Positions 17,769 through 26,469 of a DNA stretch of 36,125 nucleotides are shown one piece after another. Below the pieces are notes generated by a model that did not search any database, was not told where the DNA came from, and saw only the letters and a list, made by a program, of their open reading frames with translations. Numbering within the stretch: position 1 is the stretch's first letter; each line of letters starts with the position of its first letter. Both the position numbers and the translations under genes were made by a program. The stretch is from a virus. Taxonomy: Duplodnaviria; Caudoviricetes. Location: the IMG/VR virus record IMGVR_UViG_3300037565_000029, positions 1 to 36,125 of that record. One strand, 5' to 3'.

Positions 17769-17928
17769 GCTTCTAGCCCCGTGTGAGGTGTACGACCCCG
17801 CACCGGACGCGCCGACCACGGCGGACATTGTGGAGAGCCGGGCGGCGTATATCGAGGCGCTGCGCGAGTGCAACGCCGACAAGGTGGCTTTGAGGGAGTG
17901 GGTCAATGGCGCAGCCGGTTCAAATTAA
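17665..17928 (+). CDS. Rz1: Outer-membrane spanin lipoprotein (overlapping)
   Basis: GGAGG SD; signal peptide with lipobox-like PAC; PP..LL.PC...CNADK. Confidence 0.8.
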   Translation: MKPFALILTSLSLLTSPACSGPVKTQTIRLTPPTELLAPCEVYDPAPDAPTTADIVESRAAYIEALRECNADKVALREWVNGAAGSN

Positions 17929-18145
17929 CCTGACCATGCTCGGCGCGGCGGCGGGTGCTTTGCTCGCCTGCGGTGCGCTGGGTGCGGGTGGGCTGGCGTT
18001 TCTTGACTGGCGCATCGTTCACGTCATTGAGCAGCGTGAGCGCGACCGCGCTTTAGCCAAGCTCTGCGAACGCGATCTGACCGGCGACCCGGAACAGGAC
18101 CGCTCGCTACTGGAAGCCCGCAGCGCCCTCGGCGGTTGCGGCTAG
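17906..18145 (+). CDS. Small membrane protein
   Basis: N-terminal hydrophobic helix. Confidence 0.6.
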   Translation: MAQPVQINLTMLGAAAGALLACGALGAGGLAFLDWRIVHVIEQRERDRALAKLCERDLTGDPEQDRSLLEARSALGGCG

Positions 18146-18196
18146 GCCCGCCGCGCCTTCAAGGCGGCATCCCCTGACATAGCGATAGGAGCGGGC

Positions 18197-19285
18197 ATGG
18201 CTCAACGCGGCCACACCGAAGCGGAGCTGCGAGAGATCGTGGAGCTTGTCGAGGAATGCTTGAAGGAGGGGTATGCCCCACCTGACGTGAACGGGGGTAA
18301 GAAGGCGCTGTCAGAAGCCAGCCGTCGCGCTGTGGAACGGGGCATCATCAGAGCGCTCAGCACGTTTCGGACGCGATATGACAAGGCGGTCATCGGGTAT
18401 CGTGAGCCGGACTGGTCGCTATACCGCGCGCCTCAGTATCAGACGCCCAAGGGGTCACGCGCTCGCCCAGCGCCAGCCATGCACGCGATCAACACTGACG
18501 CGGCCACGCCGGAAGCTGACGAGAAAATCCGCGTGATGGTCATCGGTGATTGCCATGATGACCCGCGCCTTGCGGACTATGACCGCTTCAGAGCATTGGG
18601 CCGCTATGCCAAACAAATGCAGCCTGACCGCATCGTCCAGATCGGAGACTGGTCAACATTCGATAGCGTGTCCCGGCATGAAGATCGTTCGACTATATCA
18701 GGCCGCGCGCTTCCGAGCTTCGAAGACGACATGGGAAGCCTGCGCATGTCCCTGCGAGCCTTCCACGAAGGACTCGACGGCTTCACCTGCCCAAAACACA
18801 TTACCCTCGGCAACCATGAGGATCGGGTCCGGCAGTACGAAAACCTGAACGCCACGCTGGAAGGCGCGATGTATCTGCGGGTGGTGGAGGCGTTCGAGCA
18901 ATACGAATGGCAGACCCGACCGTTTGGTGAGTGGCTGTTCCTGGGCGGCGTCGGGTTCACCCATGTTCCTCTGAACATCATGGGGCGCCCGTATGGCGGC
19001 AAAACCCTGAACCCGGTCGCGAATGACGCGGTGTTCTCAATCATATTCGGCCACAGCCACAAAGGTGGCATGGTCCGCGCGCCGAAAATCGGGCCGAACC
19101 GGCGCGTCACCATCCTGAATGTCGGCTGCTCCCTGCCAGAAGGTCACGTCGAGGATTACGCCAAGCTCAGCACAACCGGCTGGGAATACGGAGTCTATGA
19201 CGTGGCGATTGCTGGCGGCGATATTCAGAGCGCCAAACACCACACCATGTCCGAGGTCATGGCGGCATGGAACGTACCGGCCTAG
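18197..19285 (+). CDS. Calcineurin-like metallophosphoesterase with extra N-terminal domain
   Basis: GDCH, GD...FD, GNHE, H, GHSH motifs. Confidence 0.9.
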   Translation: MAQRGHTEAELREIVELVEECLKEGYAPPDVNGGKKALSEASRRAVERGIIRALSTFRTRYDKAVIGYREPDWSLYRAPQYQTPKGSRARPAPAMHAINTDAATPEADEKIRVMVIGDCHDDPRLADYDRFRALGRYAKQMQPDRIVQIGDWSTFDSVSRHEDRSTISGRALPSFEDDMGSLRMSLRAFHEGLDGFTCPKHITLGNHEDRVRQYENLNATLEGAMYLRVVEAFEQYEWQTRPFGEWLFLGGVGFTHVPLNIMGRPYGGKTLNPVANDAVFSIIFGHSHKGGMVRAPKIGPNRRVTILNVGCSLPEGHVEDYAKLSTTGWEYGVYDVAIAGGDIQSAKHHTMSEVMAAWNVPA

Positions 19286-19348
19286 TGACGCGCCAAGAAT
19301 ACACAACGCCGCTTGTGTAGCGTTTCGGGCGCGATTTGATACATAAGG

Positions 19349-19555
19349 TCAGTCGGACGCGCTGTCTTGAGGCAGGCTGTTGAGCCAGCGCCCCATGCGT
19401 TCAAATGACCTTTTCATCTGCGCGCTGGAGACGGACGTCATCTCAAACCCGCGCGTAACTCGCTCCATTGCGCGTCCCCTTTGAGCCTCAAGTGCGCGGC
19501 GGCGCGCTTCTGCAATTTCTTCGTCAGACCTGTGATCTATCGTGATGGTCGGCAT
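19349..19555 (-). CDS. Hypothetical protein
   Basis: AGGAG SD; last gene of the leftward run. Confidence 0.65.
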   Translation of the reverse strand: MPTITIDHRSDEEIAEARRRALEAQRGRAMERVTRGFEMTSVSSAQMKRSFERMGRWLNSLPQDSASD

Positions 19556-19571
19556 AGCTTGAACTCCTGAG

Positions 19572-19748
19572 TTAATCGGTTGTGCTGTCTTGAGGCGGGG
19601 CGGGTAGGGGCACGGTCCGCAGCGCCGCGACCGTGCCTAAAGCATAGTCCAGAGCATCCGGCTTCATGCGGCGCACGTGCGGCGGAAAGGTCATTTCACG
19701 CTCGCGCCAGAGCTTGAGTTCGGCGGGGCTCAGCTCATCCTCGGTCAT
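19572..19748 (-). CDS. Hypothetical protein
   Basis: GGAGG SD before MTEDEL. Confidence 0.6.
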   Translation of the reverse strand: MTEDELSPAELKLWREREMTFPPHVRRMKPDALDYALGTVAALRTVPLPAPPQDSTTD

Positions 19749-19953
19749 CGTCAGCCTCCATAGCGCGGACCTCATCCGCCAGGAACTCGCGGTTTTCAAA
19801 GGCGCCGTTCGCGACATACTCGACCTGATAGGTGGTCAGACCGATACGCAGCCGGACTTCAACGACGCGCCCTGGATAGTCGAGGCCGTGCACGATCACG
19901 CGGCAGAAGTCTCCGGGGTCAAGGCAGGCCTGTTCTGAGAGCTCATTCATCAC
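19735..19953 (-). CDS. Hypothetical protein, small beta-rich (SH3-like pattern)
   Basis: GGAGG SD; coupled to the upstream stop; GRVVEV..TYQVEY. Confidence 0.65.
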   Translation of the reverse strand: MMNELSEQACLDPGDFCRVIVHGLDYPGRVVEVRLRIGLTTYQVEYVANGAFENREFLADEVRAMEADDDRG

Positions 19954-20510
19954 GCGCCTCCTTTGCGAGAGCGGAGCCGGTCGGCGAACTGCGCATCAAA
20001 GCTTGCGGATCGGGGAGTTCCGTCGGGGTATTCCCGCGCAAAATTCGCATCAGCCTCCACCGCCAGTTCCTCCAGCACATCATCCCGCGTCACGGCATGA
20101 GGCAGGGCGGCGGTGAGGGCGGCTTCAATGTCAGCGTCAGTCGGAAAGCTGAGAGCATACGTGTTTCCATCACCCGCGCCGACAGGCTTGCCACGCAGCC
20201 GAAACTTCAGCGCACTAACCATCTCATCCGTCACCACCGGCTGCACATTGACCTGGCCAGACGCATGAAGCACCAAGGTGCAATCGTGCTCTGTCAGATC
20301 ATCGACGCGCTCTACGCCCATGGCTCGAAGGTGCGTGAGCAGGTCAGCCCCGCGCACCGGCTGCACAAGCGACATGATGGCGTCTGCCTTGCGGTAGCAT
20401 TCCTCTTTCGGGGCCTGCAGCGCTTCATTCCAGTTTGGCGTCGGACCATTCTGCGCCCAGCACATCGCCGTATAAAGCTGGCATGCCACCTTCTCGCGTA
20501 GATCAGTCAT
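19950..20510 (-). CDS. Hypothetical phage early-type protein
   Basis: MTDLREKVA start overlapping the upstream gene end. Confidence 0.7.
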   Translation of the reverse strand: MTDLREKVACQLYTAMCWAQNGPTPNWNEALQAPKEECYRKADAIMSLVQPVRGADLLTHLRAMGVERVDDLTEHDCTLVLHASGQVNVQPVVTDEMVSALKFRLRGKPVGAGDGNTYALSFPTDADIEAALTAALPHAVTRDDVLEELAVEADANFAREYPDGTPRSASFDAQFADRLRSRKGGA

Positions 20511-20883
20511 GGCTCTGGTCCTTTGCTGCGGTGAGGGTGGTGCGGAGGGCTCGAATCTTGTCCTCAAGGTCGTCTAGCGTTGCGTGCTCGTTAAGCTCGT
20601 CCCACGGTTCTGCCGCGCCTTCATCTTGCAAAGATTTGAACTCTGAAACGGCCGCCTCCCCCGCCTCCACCAGCGCATCCAGCTTGGCGCGGAGGTCGAA
20701 GTAGCCGACAGCCTCAAGGGCAATTTGGGCGTGTCGGCGCGCCTCGTTTTGCATCAAGGCGTTGCCACGAGGCACCCAAGCGGGGGGCCACTTGCGGTTA
20801 GCATCAAACGCCACCCGCCTCATCGCCTCGTAAATCGACGGCGCCGCCTTCTCAATCACTTCCTGCTTTTCCTGCTCAGTCAT
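20503..20883 (-). CDS. Hypothetical phage early-type protein
   Basis: AGGAG SD; first gene downstream of attP. Confidence 0.7.
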   Translation of the reverse strand: MTEQEKQEVIEKAAPSIYEAMRRVAFDANRKWPPAWVPRGNALMQNEARRHAQIALEAVGYFDLRAKLDALVEAGEAAVSEFKSLQDEGAAEPWDELNEHATLDDLEDKIRALRTTLTAAKDQSHD

Positions 20884-21027
20884 GGTGGTCTCCTGTGGGA
20901 TAAAGGGCGGGGATCGGGCGTCTGGCGCATGTGACTGCGGCCATAACGCATTGATCTGTCAGACCGGGAACGCCGGACGAACAGTCACATGGGCTGCAAC
21001 GATTTGAATGGGATAGGTCCGGTTCGG

Positions 21028-21069
21028 AAGGATTTGCAGTCCTCTGCGTCACCACTCCGCCATGGCGCC
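21028..21069 (-). pseudogene. 5' half of tRNA-Cys(GCA), putative att core
   Basis: GGCGCCA TG GCG GAGTGGTGA CGC A GAGGA CTGCAAA TCCTT: acceptor 5' strand, D arm and anticodon arm; no T arm or 3' acceptor strand follows. Confidence 0.9.
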
Positions 21070-21086
21070 AGACCAGAACCGATGTG

Positions 21087-21115
21087 GTTGTATCGCCGTA
21101 GCTTTCTCCAATCAA
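21087..21115 (-). promoter_or_regulatory. Sigma70-like promoter upstream of tRNA-Cys half
   Basis: TTGATT-17 nt-TACAAC ending 17 nt before the tRNA G1. Confidence 0.7.
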
Positions 21116-21185
21116 GCGCGGCGCTGACATGGGCTTCCATGTAACTGCCGACACCTCATCCATGTAACTCATGTTCTGCATACGG

Positions 21186-22457
21186 TCAGTCTCCGTTCCC
21201 CTCACTCGCCGCCCTGGCCGCCTTGAGAGCGTCCACGCGGCTGTCATCTTCGACCACATAGAACCGGGCGATTGTCTTCTCGTCGTAGTGCCCGGTGACC
21301 TCCTGAATGTCGGCGTGGCTGTGACCAGCGCGGCGGAATCGCATGATGCAGGAGTGCCGGCCGGATTGAGGCGTGGTCTTGGTCAGCGCCACGTCTTCAT
21401 CCATCGCCCTGATCACAAGCCGGAACTGCGGATTGAAGCGCTCGAACGTGAACGGCTCACAGAACCGGGAGTCGATGAAGACATGGCGATGGTTCGAACC
21501 GTCCTCGACGCGGGGCCGCACGGCTTCGATCAGTTCGACGGTCAGAGGATCCAGCCCGATCGAGCCGAACGAGCCGGTCTTCTGCTGCCAGCCCCGCACC
21601 GCCTGGGCGCGCGGATCGTAATAGAGGCCCGACCTGATCTCACCGCGGTCCAGCCTGCGCCGCGTCAGATCGTCCAGCACCATGAGTCCGTGCAGGTCTC
21701 CGGGGCGCCGGCCAATGTCCCACATGGTCTGAACCCATGCTGCGACTTCGGGCACGTCCATGCGCTGCGCTGTCTCGATAAAGCCTGTGACGAATGCCTG
21801 ATCCCATAGCTGGCGTGTGCGCGCCTCGCCCTTTTTGCGGCGGCGCAGGCGAACCGGCGCGACCGGATTGCTCTCCACGGCGCCGAGCTGAATGGCGTGC
21901 GTGAACAGGCTGGACAGGACAGACTTGAGGTGACGCTGGCGGGTGGGCCGGTCATCAAACTCCGCTAGGAACGCGCCCACGCCCTTCGTCGTCAGGCGGC
22001 GCATGTGCGGGTGTCCGTTCTGGCGCTCGGCTGTCCGGTCGGCCCATGCCTCGATCTGTTTCAGGCAGCTCTCATATCCGCGCCGGGTATCGTCGGCGAG
22101 CTCGTCCTGAAACCACGGGCTTGAGCGCCATTGCGCTACAATCCAGCGCAAAGATCCATGCGGCCATTCTCCACCGGCCTCGGGCGCACCGCGCATCCGG
22201 TTGAACTCGGCGAACAGACCAGCCGCGTCGATGTAGGCGTGGTGATATTCCAGATCGCCGCCGACACGCCGGGCCGGATCACGGGGCACGCGCACGGTCT
22301 TGCCGTAGCGCTCGATCCACAAGTCCGGGGTCAGCGATGGCTTGGGCTTGAAGTACCAGGGCGTCGAGCCGTCTGCTCGGGCCGCGCCGGGTACGAGATA
22401 CTGTCCTGCGTATCCGCTATTCGGCGGCGCCGCAGATGAAGGGGTCTTCGTCTTCAT
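21186..22457 (-). CDS. int: Tyrosine integrase (423 aa)
   Basis: GRRPGDL (R), QKTG (K), QSGRH (HxxR position), TGH, RFY (Y); AGGAGGAG SD before 22457. Confidence 0.9.
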   Translation of the reverse strand: MKTKTPSSAAPPNSGYAGQYLVPGAARADGSTPWYFKPKPSLTPDLWIERYGKTVRVPRDPARRVGGDLEYHHAYIDAAGLFAEFNRMRGAPEAGGEWPHGSLRWIVAQWRSSPWFQDELADDTRRGYESCLKQIEAWADRTAERQNGHPHMRRLTTKGVGAFLAEFDDRPTRQRHLKSVLSSLFTHAIQLGAVESNPVAPVRLRRRKKGEARTRQLWDQAFVTGFIETAQRMDVPEVAAWVQTMWDIGRRPGDLHGLMVLDDLTRRRLDRGEIRSGLYYDPRAQAVRGWQQKTGSFGSIGLDPLTVELIEAVRPRVEDGSNHRHVFIDSRFCEPFTFERFNPQFRLVIRAMDEDVALTKTTPQSGRHSCIMRFRRAGHSHADIQEVTGHYDEKTIARFYVVEDDSRVDALKAARAASEGNGD

Positions 22458-22686
22458 CGCTCTCCTCCTGCTGGGGGCGGCCTTCCTCGACCACGGCGCG
22501 CACAAGCGGCTCGGTCGCCCAGCGTCCCCGCCGGCACGCCCTGGGATAGACACCGCGTTCGACCCGCTCATAGAACGAGGCGCGGGACAGTTTGGCGATC
22601 TCCAGCGCTTCGTCCAGCGTGACGACGACGCCGTACCGGTCCAGGGCGTGCTGCACGCTCGCATCGTGGGTCAGGCGCGCGGTCAT
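22417..22686 (-). CDS. xis: AlpA/excisionase-like HTH protein
   Basis: LDEALEIAKLSRASFYERVERGVYP; directly upstream of and overlapping int. Confidence 0.75.
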   Translation of the reverse strand: MTARLTHDASVQHALDRYGVVVTLDEALEIAKLSRASFYERVERGVYPRACRRGRWATEPLVRAVVEEGRPQQEESDEDEDPFICGAAE

Positions 22687-22687
22687 G

Positions 22688-22897
22688 TCAGGGGCGGTCC
22701 TTGCGCATGTACGAAGCCAGCACGCGGACGCTTACTCTGACCGCGCGGAACCCGTCTTCACGATACCGCCGCCACGGCTTTCCAGCGGCGCTCTCAAATT
22801 CAGCAATGGCCTGCGTGCGCTTCGGGCGAAGCGTCCAAACGAACACGCCTTGGAATGGAGACCAGATCGCCCATGCAAATTCTTCGGTGCGCCCCAT
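22688..22897 (-). CDS. Hypothetical protein
   Basis: TGATG coupling to the upstream gene. Confidence 0.6.
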   Translation of the reverse strand: MGRTEEFAWAIWSPFQGVFVWTLRPKRTQAIAEFESAAGKPWRRYREDGFRAVRVSVRVLASYMRKDRP

Positions 22898-23310
22898 CAC
22901 CCCTCTCCCCCAATAGAGCGGGCGCGGCAAATGAGGGATTCAAGCGCCTCGTTCTGTTCAACGGGGTCGGGCTTGAACAGCTTGTCGCCGCCGGGAAATG
23001 CGTCTTCGCCCTCAAGCGCCATGCGCGCCACCTGCGCCCGGAACGCCTCAAGCTCTGCCAGCCTCTCAGCAGAGACCACGACACAGGAGCCTTCAGGGCC
23101 GCAGCGGTCGTCGGGGGAGAGGGAGGCGAGGGCCTTAGCCCCGACATAATTGTCGCGAGCCGGAAGATACTTGCCGACCACATTTAGCACCGCCCTTACA
23201 CGCTCTCGGTTTTGTTTAGTGTGAGGCGCTTGCATCCGAACGTAACCCGGCCATGCGGCGTCAAGGGCTTCGTTCTCCACGGCTTGCGGCTCAGGGTAAT
23301 CACTCATCAC
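22897..23310 (-). CDS. Hypothetical protein
   Basis: GGAGG SD; tightly packed. Confidence 0.65.
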   Translation of the reverse strand: MMSDYPEPQAVENEALDAAWPGYVRMQAPHTKQNRERVRAVLNVVGKYLPARDNYVGAKALASLSPDDRCGPEGSCVVVSAERLAELEAFRAQVARMALEGEDAFPGGDKLFKPDPVEQNEALESLICRARSIGGEG

Positions 23311-24013
23311 GGCCTCCCTGATTGCGGACGCCTAATACGGCTTTACCGTCAAGATAGCTTGCGACCTCCAGCCATGTTAAATCCGGGTGGCGCTGTGCGT
23401 TGTGGTGCTCGCGACACTCAGCGGCCAGCCTCTCCCTTTCCGCAGCCCTCACCTCGGCTTCGGTGCGGAGGGCAATGTCGAGACGGTCTCCGACGCGGCA
23501 ACCCTCTTTGGAATGCTCGCCGTCCGGGTGCGTGGGGATGCCCGCTTCATCAAGTCGCTGGTGAACGTAGTCCTTGAAGGCTTGGAGCTTAGCCACCTGT
23601 TCTTCCACAGGGGCGGGACGGATGGCGTCTATGGCGTAGGCGGCGCGGAGAATGGCAGTGATCCGCTCGCGTTGGTCGGCCAGCCAAGTGGCCATATCCG
23701 ATGCGTCGTGATAGCTATGCGCATCGTCGGCTTTGCCGCCCGCTTTAACCGCCCCCTCACTCGGCTCTCCCGCAGGGGCGGTGTCGAGGCCCATGCGTGC
23801 AACAGTCGCATTGACGTCAGCCTGTGCGACCTCACTCACATACTGGTCCAACGCGCTCACACCGCCCTGTGCAGCTAGAGCGTCGGAGATGTGAGACATG
23901 ATGGCGTCGATGGCCTCGTCGAAGCCCGTCAGCGTGTCAGGCTCATCTGCGCTCCAAGGGCCAATATGCTCGCGCAAGACCTCCTCAATCGTCTCTCTCA
24001 ATACCTGTGTCAT
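23300..24013 (-). CDS. Hypothetical mosaic early protein
   Basis: ATGA overlap; FKDYVHQRLDEAGIP...GCRVGDRLD segment. Confidence 0.7.
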   Translation of the reverse strand: MTQVLRETIEEVLREHIGPWSADEPDTLTGFDEAIDAIMSHISDALAAQGGVSALDQYVSEVAQADVNATVARMGLDTAPAGEPSEGAVKAGGKADDAHSYHDASDMATWLADQRERITAILRAAYAIDAIRPAPVEEQVAKLQAFKDYVHQRLDEAGIPTHPDGEHSKEGCRVGDRLDIALRTEAEVRAAERERLAAECREHHNAQRHPDLTWLEVASYLDGKAVLGVRNQGGRDE

Positions 24014-24453
24014 GCTGCGCTCCTGCCAGCTAGAATTTCGTTGACCTCGCGCTCAAGATCAGAGCGGCCAAGGTCGGGGATGATGCGGCGGCAGATCAGA
24101 TCCACCGCGCGGTCATAGAATTGCTCGAACGCGTCTTGATCCATCTTGTCAAAGGCGATGGAGGCGGGCGCTAGATGATGTTCGCCAGTCTCCGCGTTGA
24201 TGGTCTCGCGGGTGTGGCCGGTCGCAAGCTTGATCCCGTCCAGAAGCCCCTCCACGGTCGCGTAGTGGTCCTGGTGCGGGAACACCACGCCGAGCATCGC
24301 GAACAGCTGACGATGGTGTTTTGTGTTTCTCGGCTGCTGAATACGCGCGCGCAGGTCGCGGTCGCGTGGCAGGTCGCTCCAAATCTCCGCAGAGCGGGGG
24401 TCTAAGGGGCGCAAGCGGCCCAAGCCGTCCTTACGAAACAAAATCTCACGCAT
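24010..24453 (-). CDS. DUF1367-like (recombination-region) protein
   Basis: PRNTKHHRQLFAML, SIAFDKMDQDAFEQFY. Confidence 0.75.
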   Translation of the reverse strand: MREILFRKDGLGRLRPLDPRSAEIWSDLPRDRDLRARIQQPRNTKHHRQLFAMLGVVFPHQDHYATVEGLLDGIKLATGHTRETINAETGEHHLAPASIAFDKMDQDAFEQFYDRAVDLICRRIIPDLGRSDLEREVNEILAGRSAA

Positions 24454-24955
24454 GGCGCGCCTCTGGCGCGTATTCGCCGTAGTATTCCAGCGCAGCAATG
24501 TTGCGCGCGGCCACAGCATCAGCCTTTTTCTCAAAGTAGCCAAGATGCTTTTGTTTTCCGTTAACCTTTATGTAGGCGCGCCACTTTCCATTTTGGTTAA
24601 AACGGCAAACGCCAACAACGCCGGATTTGCCAACTTTCGACCTATTTCTAAGATTTTCGGTTCGCGAGCACTCGCGCAAATTATGAGGTCGATTGTCGGA
24701 CTTGTTTCCATTGATGTGGTCAACGTCCTGCATAGGCCAGCGCCCGTGAGTCATTGCAAACACAATCCGATGCTCTAGCGTAGGGGCGTTATTCAAAGAG
24801 ATTAGGCGATAACTGTTGGGCCGTTGAGTGCCTGCCCTTTGCCCGGTTTTGACGCCGCCATGTCCACGACGCCAGTATAATTGACCAGTAGCGCTGTCGA
24901 GACGAAGGCGGTCTAAAAGCACAGAAACCGGGACAGGCTGTTTTGGCTTACTCAT
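24446..24955 (-). CDS. HNH-AP2 homing endonuclease
   Basis: [28 protein letters not shown]; SGVVGV..KWRAYI..HLGYF AP2 domain; visibly lower GC. Confidence 0.9.
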   Translation of the reverse strand: MSKPKQPVPVSVLLDRLRLDSATGQLYWRRGHGGVKTGQRAGTQRPNSYRLISLNNAPTLEHRIVFAMTHGRWPMQDVDHINGNKSDNRPHNLRECSRTENLRNRSKVGKSGVVGVCRFNQNGKWRAYIKVNGKQKHLGYFEKKADAVAARNIAALEYYGEYAPEARHA

Positions 24956-25419
24956 GCCGAACCCCACTCGATAAAAGGTATATCGTCGTCCAGCGTGTCG
25001 CCGCTGTAGCCCTCAGCCGGTCGCCCGCCTTGCGGCTCGCGTTGCTGATCAGGGTCGCCAGACGATCCGCCCCGCGTTCCGCCGAGCATCTGAAGCTCGC
25101 CACGGTACTTCTGAAGGACGATCTCGGTCGTGTACCGATCAACGCCGTCCTTCTCCCATTTGCGGGTCTGAAGCTGGCCCTCGATGTAGACCTGCGAGCC
25201 TTTGCGCAGGTAGTTCTCCGCGACCTTGGCCAGCCCCTCATTGAAGATCACGACGGTGTGCCAGGTGGTGCGCTCCTGCCGCTCGCCCGATTGTTTGTCG
25301 CGCCACGTCTCCGTGGTCGCCACGCGCAGGTTCACGACTGGATCGCCGGAGGACATGCGGCGGACTTCCGGGTCGGCGCCGAGGTGGCCAAGGATGATTG
25401 CTTTATTGACGCTGGGCAT
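24952..25419 (-). CDS. ssb: Single-stranded DNA-binding protein
   Basis: [39 protein letters not shown]. Confidence 0.97.
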   Translation of the reverse strand: MPSVNKAIILGHLGADPEVRRMSSGDPVVNLRVATTETWRDKQSGERQERTTWHTVVIFNEGLAKVAENYLRKGSQVYIEGQLQTRKWEKDGVDRYTTEIVLQKYRGELQMLGGTRGGSSGDPDQQREPQGGRPAEGYSGDTLDDDIPFIEWGSA

Positions 25420-26171
25420 TATGCCGCCTCCATGAGCTGTTCTGTGAGCTTGTCGTAAGCTTCACGCAGGTAGTGGCGCGCGGTCGGGTGAAGCTTCCAG
25501 ATCTCGCCCGCGTTTTCATGCGCCCAGTGCGCGGCTTCGCAGGCGGTCTGCGCCATTTTCAGCGAGCCTTCGAGCGCCTTGTAGAGCGGGCGGCTCTGCG
25601 CGGAATTGAGCTGTTCAACGCCCTCGACGGCGGGTAGCAGGTCATCCCAATCAAGCGTGTTGTCGTGAACGTCGCCTACACGCTTCTTCGCAGGCGCATC
25701 ATCGTTCTCAGGCTCGGCGCGAAGCTGGCCCTTGTGCCAGAGGTCCAGAGCCGCTCCGAAGCGCATGGCAGCATTGCGCAGAGCGTCTCCGATCACTTCC
25801 TTGATCGCGTCACCGCCCTTTTTGCCGTCCGGGTGGCCGTAGCCGAGGCGAGATACATTGCAGACAGTCAGCTTAATCCACATGCCGCCGTTGGCGTCGA
25901 GCTTGGGGGAGCCGTCCTCGCTGACCGCTAGCGGCTCCCAATTCCATTCAGGATCGCAGTCAAGAAGCCGGTCGGTCAGGGCGGCGTGGCCGACATAATC
26001 CAGGTGAACGGCCTTAGGGTGGTGCCAGCCGCCGCACTCGCCGCAGCTTTTGTATTCGTTCTTCTTTTCAGCCATCCAGCCCGCCTGCTTCGGCAGCTTG
26101 GAAATCTGGTGCGGCTCAAACGGCACTCGCAGCAGCGCAAGGCCGGTCGGCTTTTCTGTTTTGTCAGACAT
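25419..26171 (-). CDS. Rad52/Sak-family single-strand annealing protein
   Basis: [37 protein letters not shown]; upstream of ssb. Confidence 0.8.
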   Translation of the reverse strand: MSDKTEKPTGLALLRVPFEPHQISKLPKQAGWMAEKKNEYKSCGECGGWHHPKAVHLDYVGHAALTDRLLDCDPEWNWEPLAVSEDGSPKLDANGGMWIKLTVCNVSRLGYGHPDGKKGGDAIKEVIGDALRNAAMRFGAALDLWHKGQLRAEPENDDAPAKKRVGDVHDNTLDWDDLLPAVEGVEQLNSAQSRPLYKALEGSLKMAQTACEAAHWAHENAGEIWKLHPTARHYLREAYDKLTEQLMEAA

Positions 26172-26183
26172 ATCGTATCTCCA

Positions 26184-26223
26184 GAAAAAGACCGGGCGGA
26201 TCGGGGGACAGTGATCCGCCCGG
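26184..26223 (-). terminator. Leftward intrinsic terminator
   Basis: 11-bp stem ccgggcggatc/gatccgcccgg followed by tcttttt on the minus strand. Confidence 0.75.
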
Positions 26224-26235
26224 CCAGTCTGCGCG

Positions 26236-26469
26236 TCACCGCCGAGGGGAGGGTGCGGGCGCGCAATCGGTGATGGGTTCGCAGGTCTGCTGATCGAGGA
26301 CCGGCCGACCCGCTTTTGCGTATCGCGTCAGGGCGATGCGCTCTGCGATGTCGTGTTCGCGCTGAGCCAGCTTTCGCAGGATCGGCAGCGTGTCTGCGGG
26401 CAACAAGCCAAAACGGGTCTTTAGCTCGGTCGCTGCGCGGCAGACGTGGGGTGTGTCAGCGCCGCTCAT
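26236..26469 (-). CDS. Hypothetical protein
   Basis: ATGA overlap; GGAG SD. Confidence 0.6.
   Translation of the reverse strand: MSGADTPHVCRAATELKTRFGLLPADTLPILRKLAQREHDIAERIALTRYAKAGRPVLDQQTCEPITDCAPAPSPRR

Larger units (their letters stand above)
20928..21170. other. attP region with arm-type repeats flanking a tRNA-derived core
   Basis: CATGT(G/A)ACT at 20928, 20982-20991 (inverted), 21138 and 21161, plus a degenerate inverted copy near 21124; adjacent to the int stop. Confidence 0.85.

Noticed and set aside
19330-19360. dif-like XerCD site (ttatgtatcaaat on minus strand)
   Set aside because: No matching XerC arm, and a better attP exists next to int.
21028-21069. Functional phage tRNA-Cys gene
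   Set aside because: No T arm or 3' acceptor strand follows the anticodon stem.
20876-21259. 127-aa ORF from the track
   Set aside because: It overlaps the tRNA fragment, promoter and arm repeats, and is better explained as attP.
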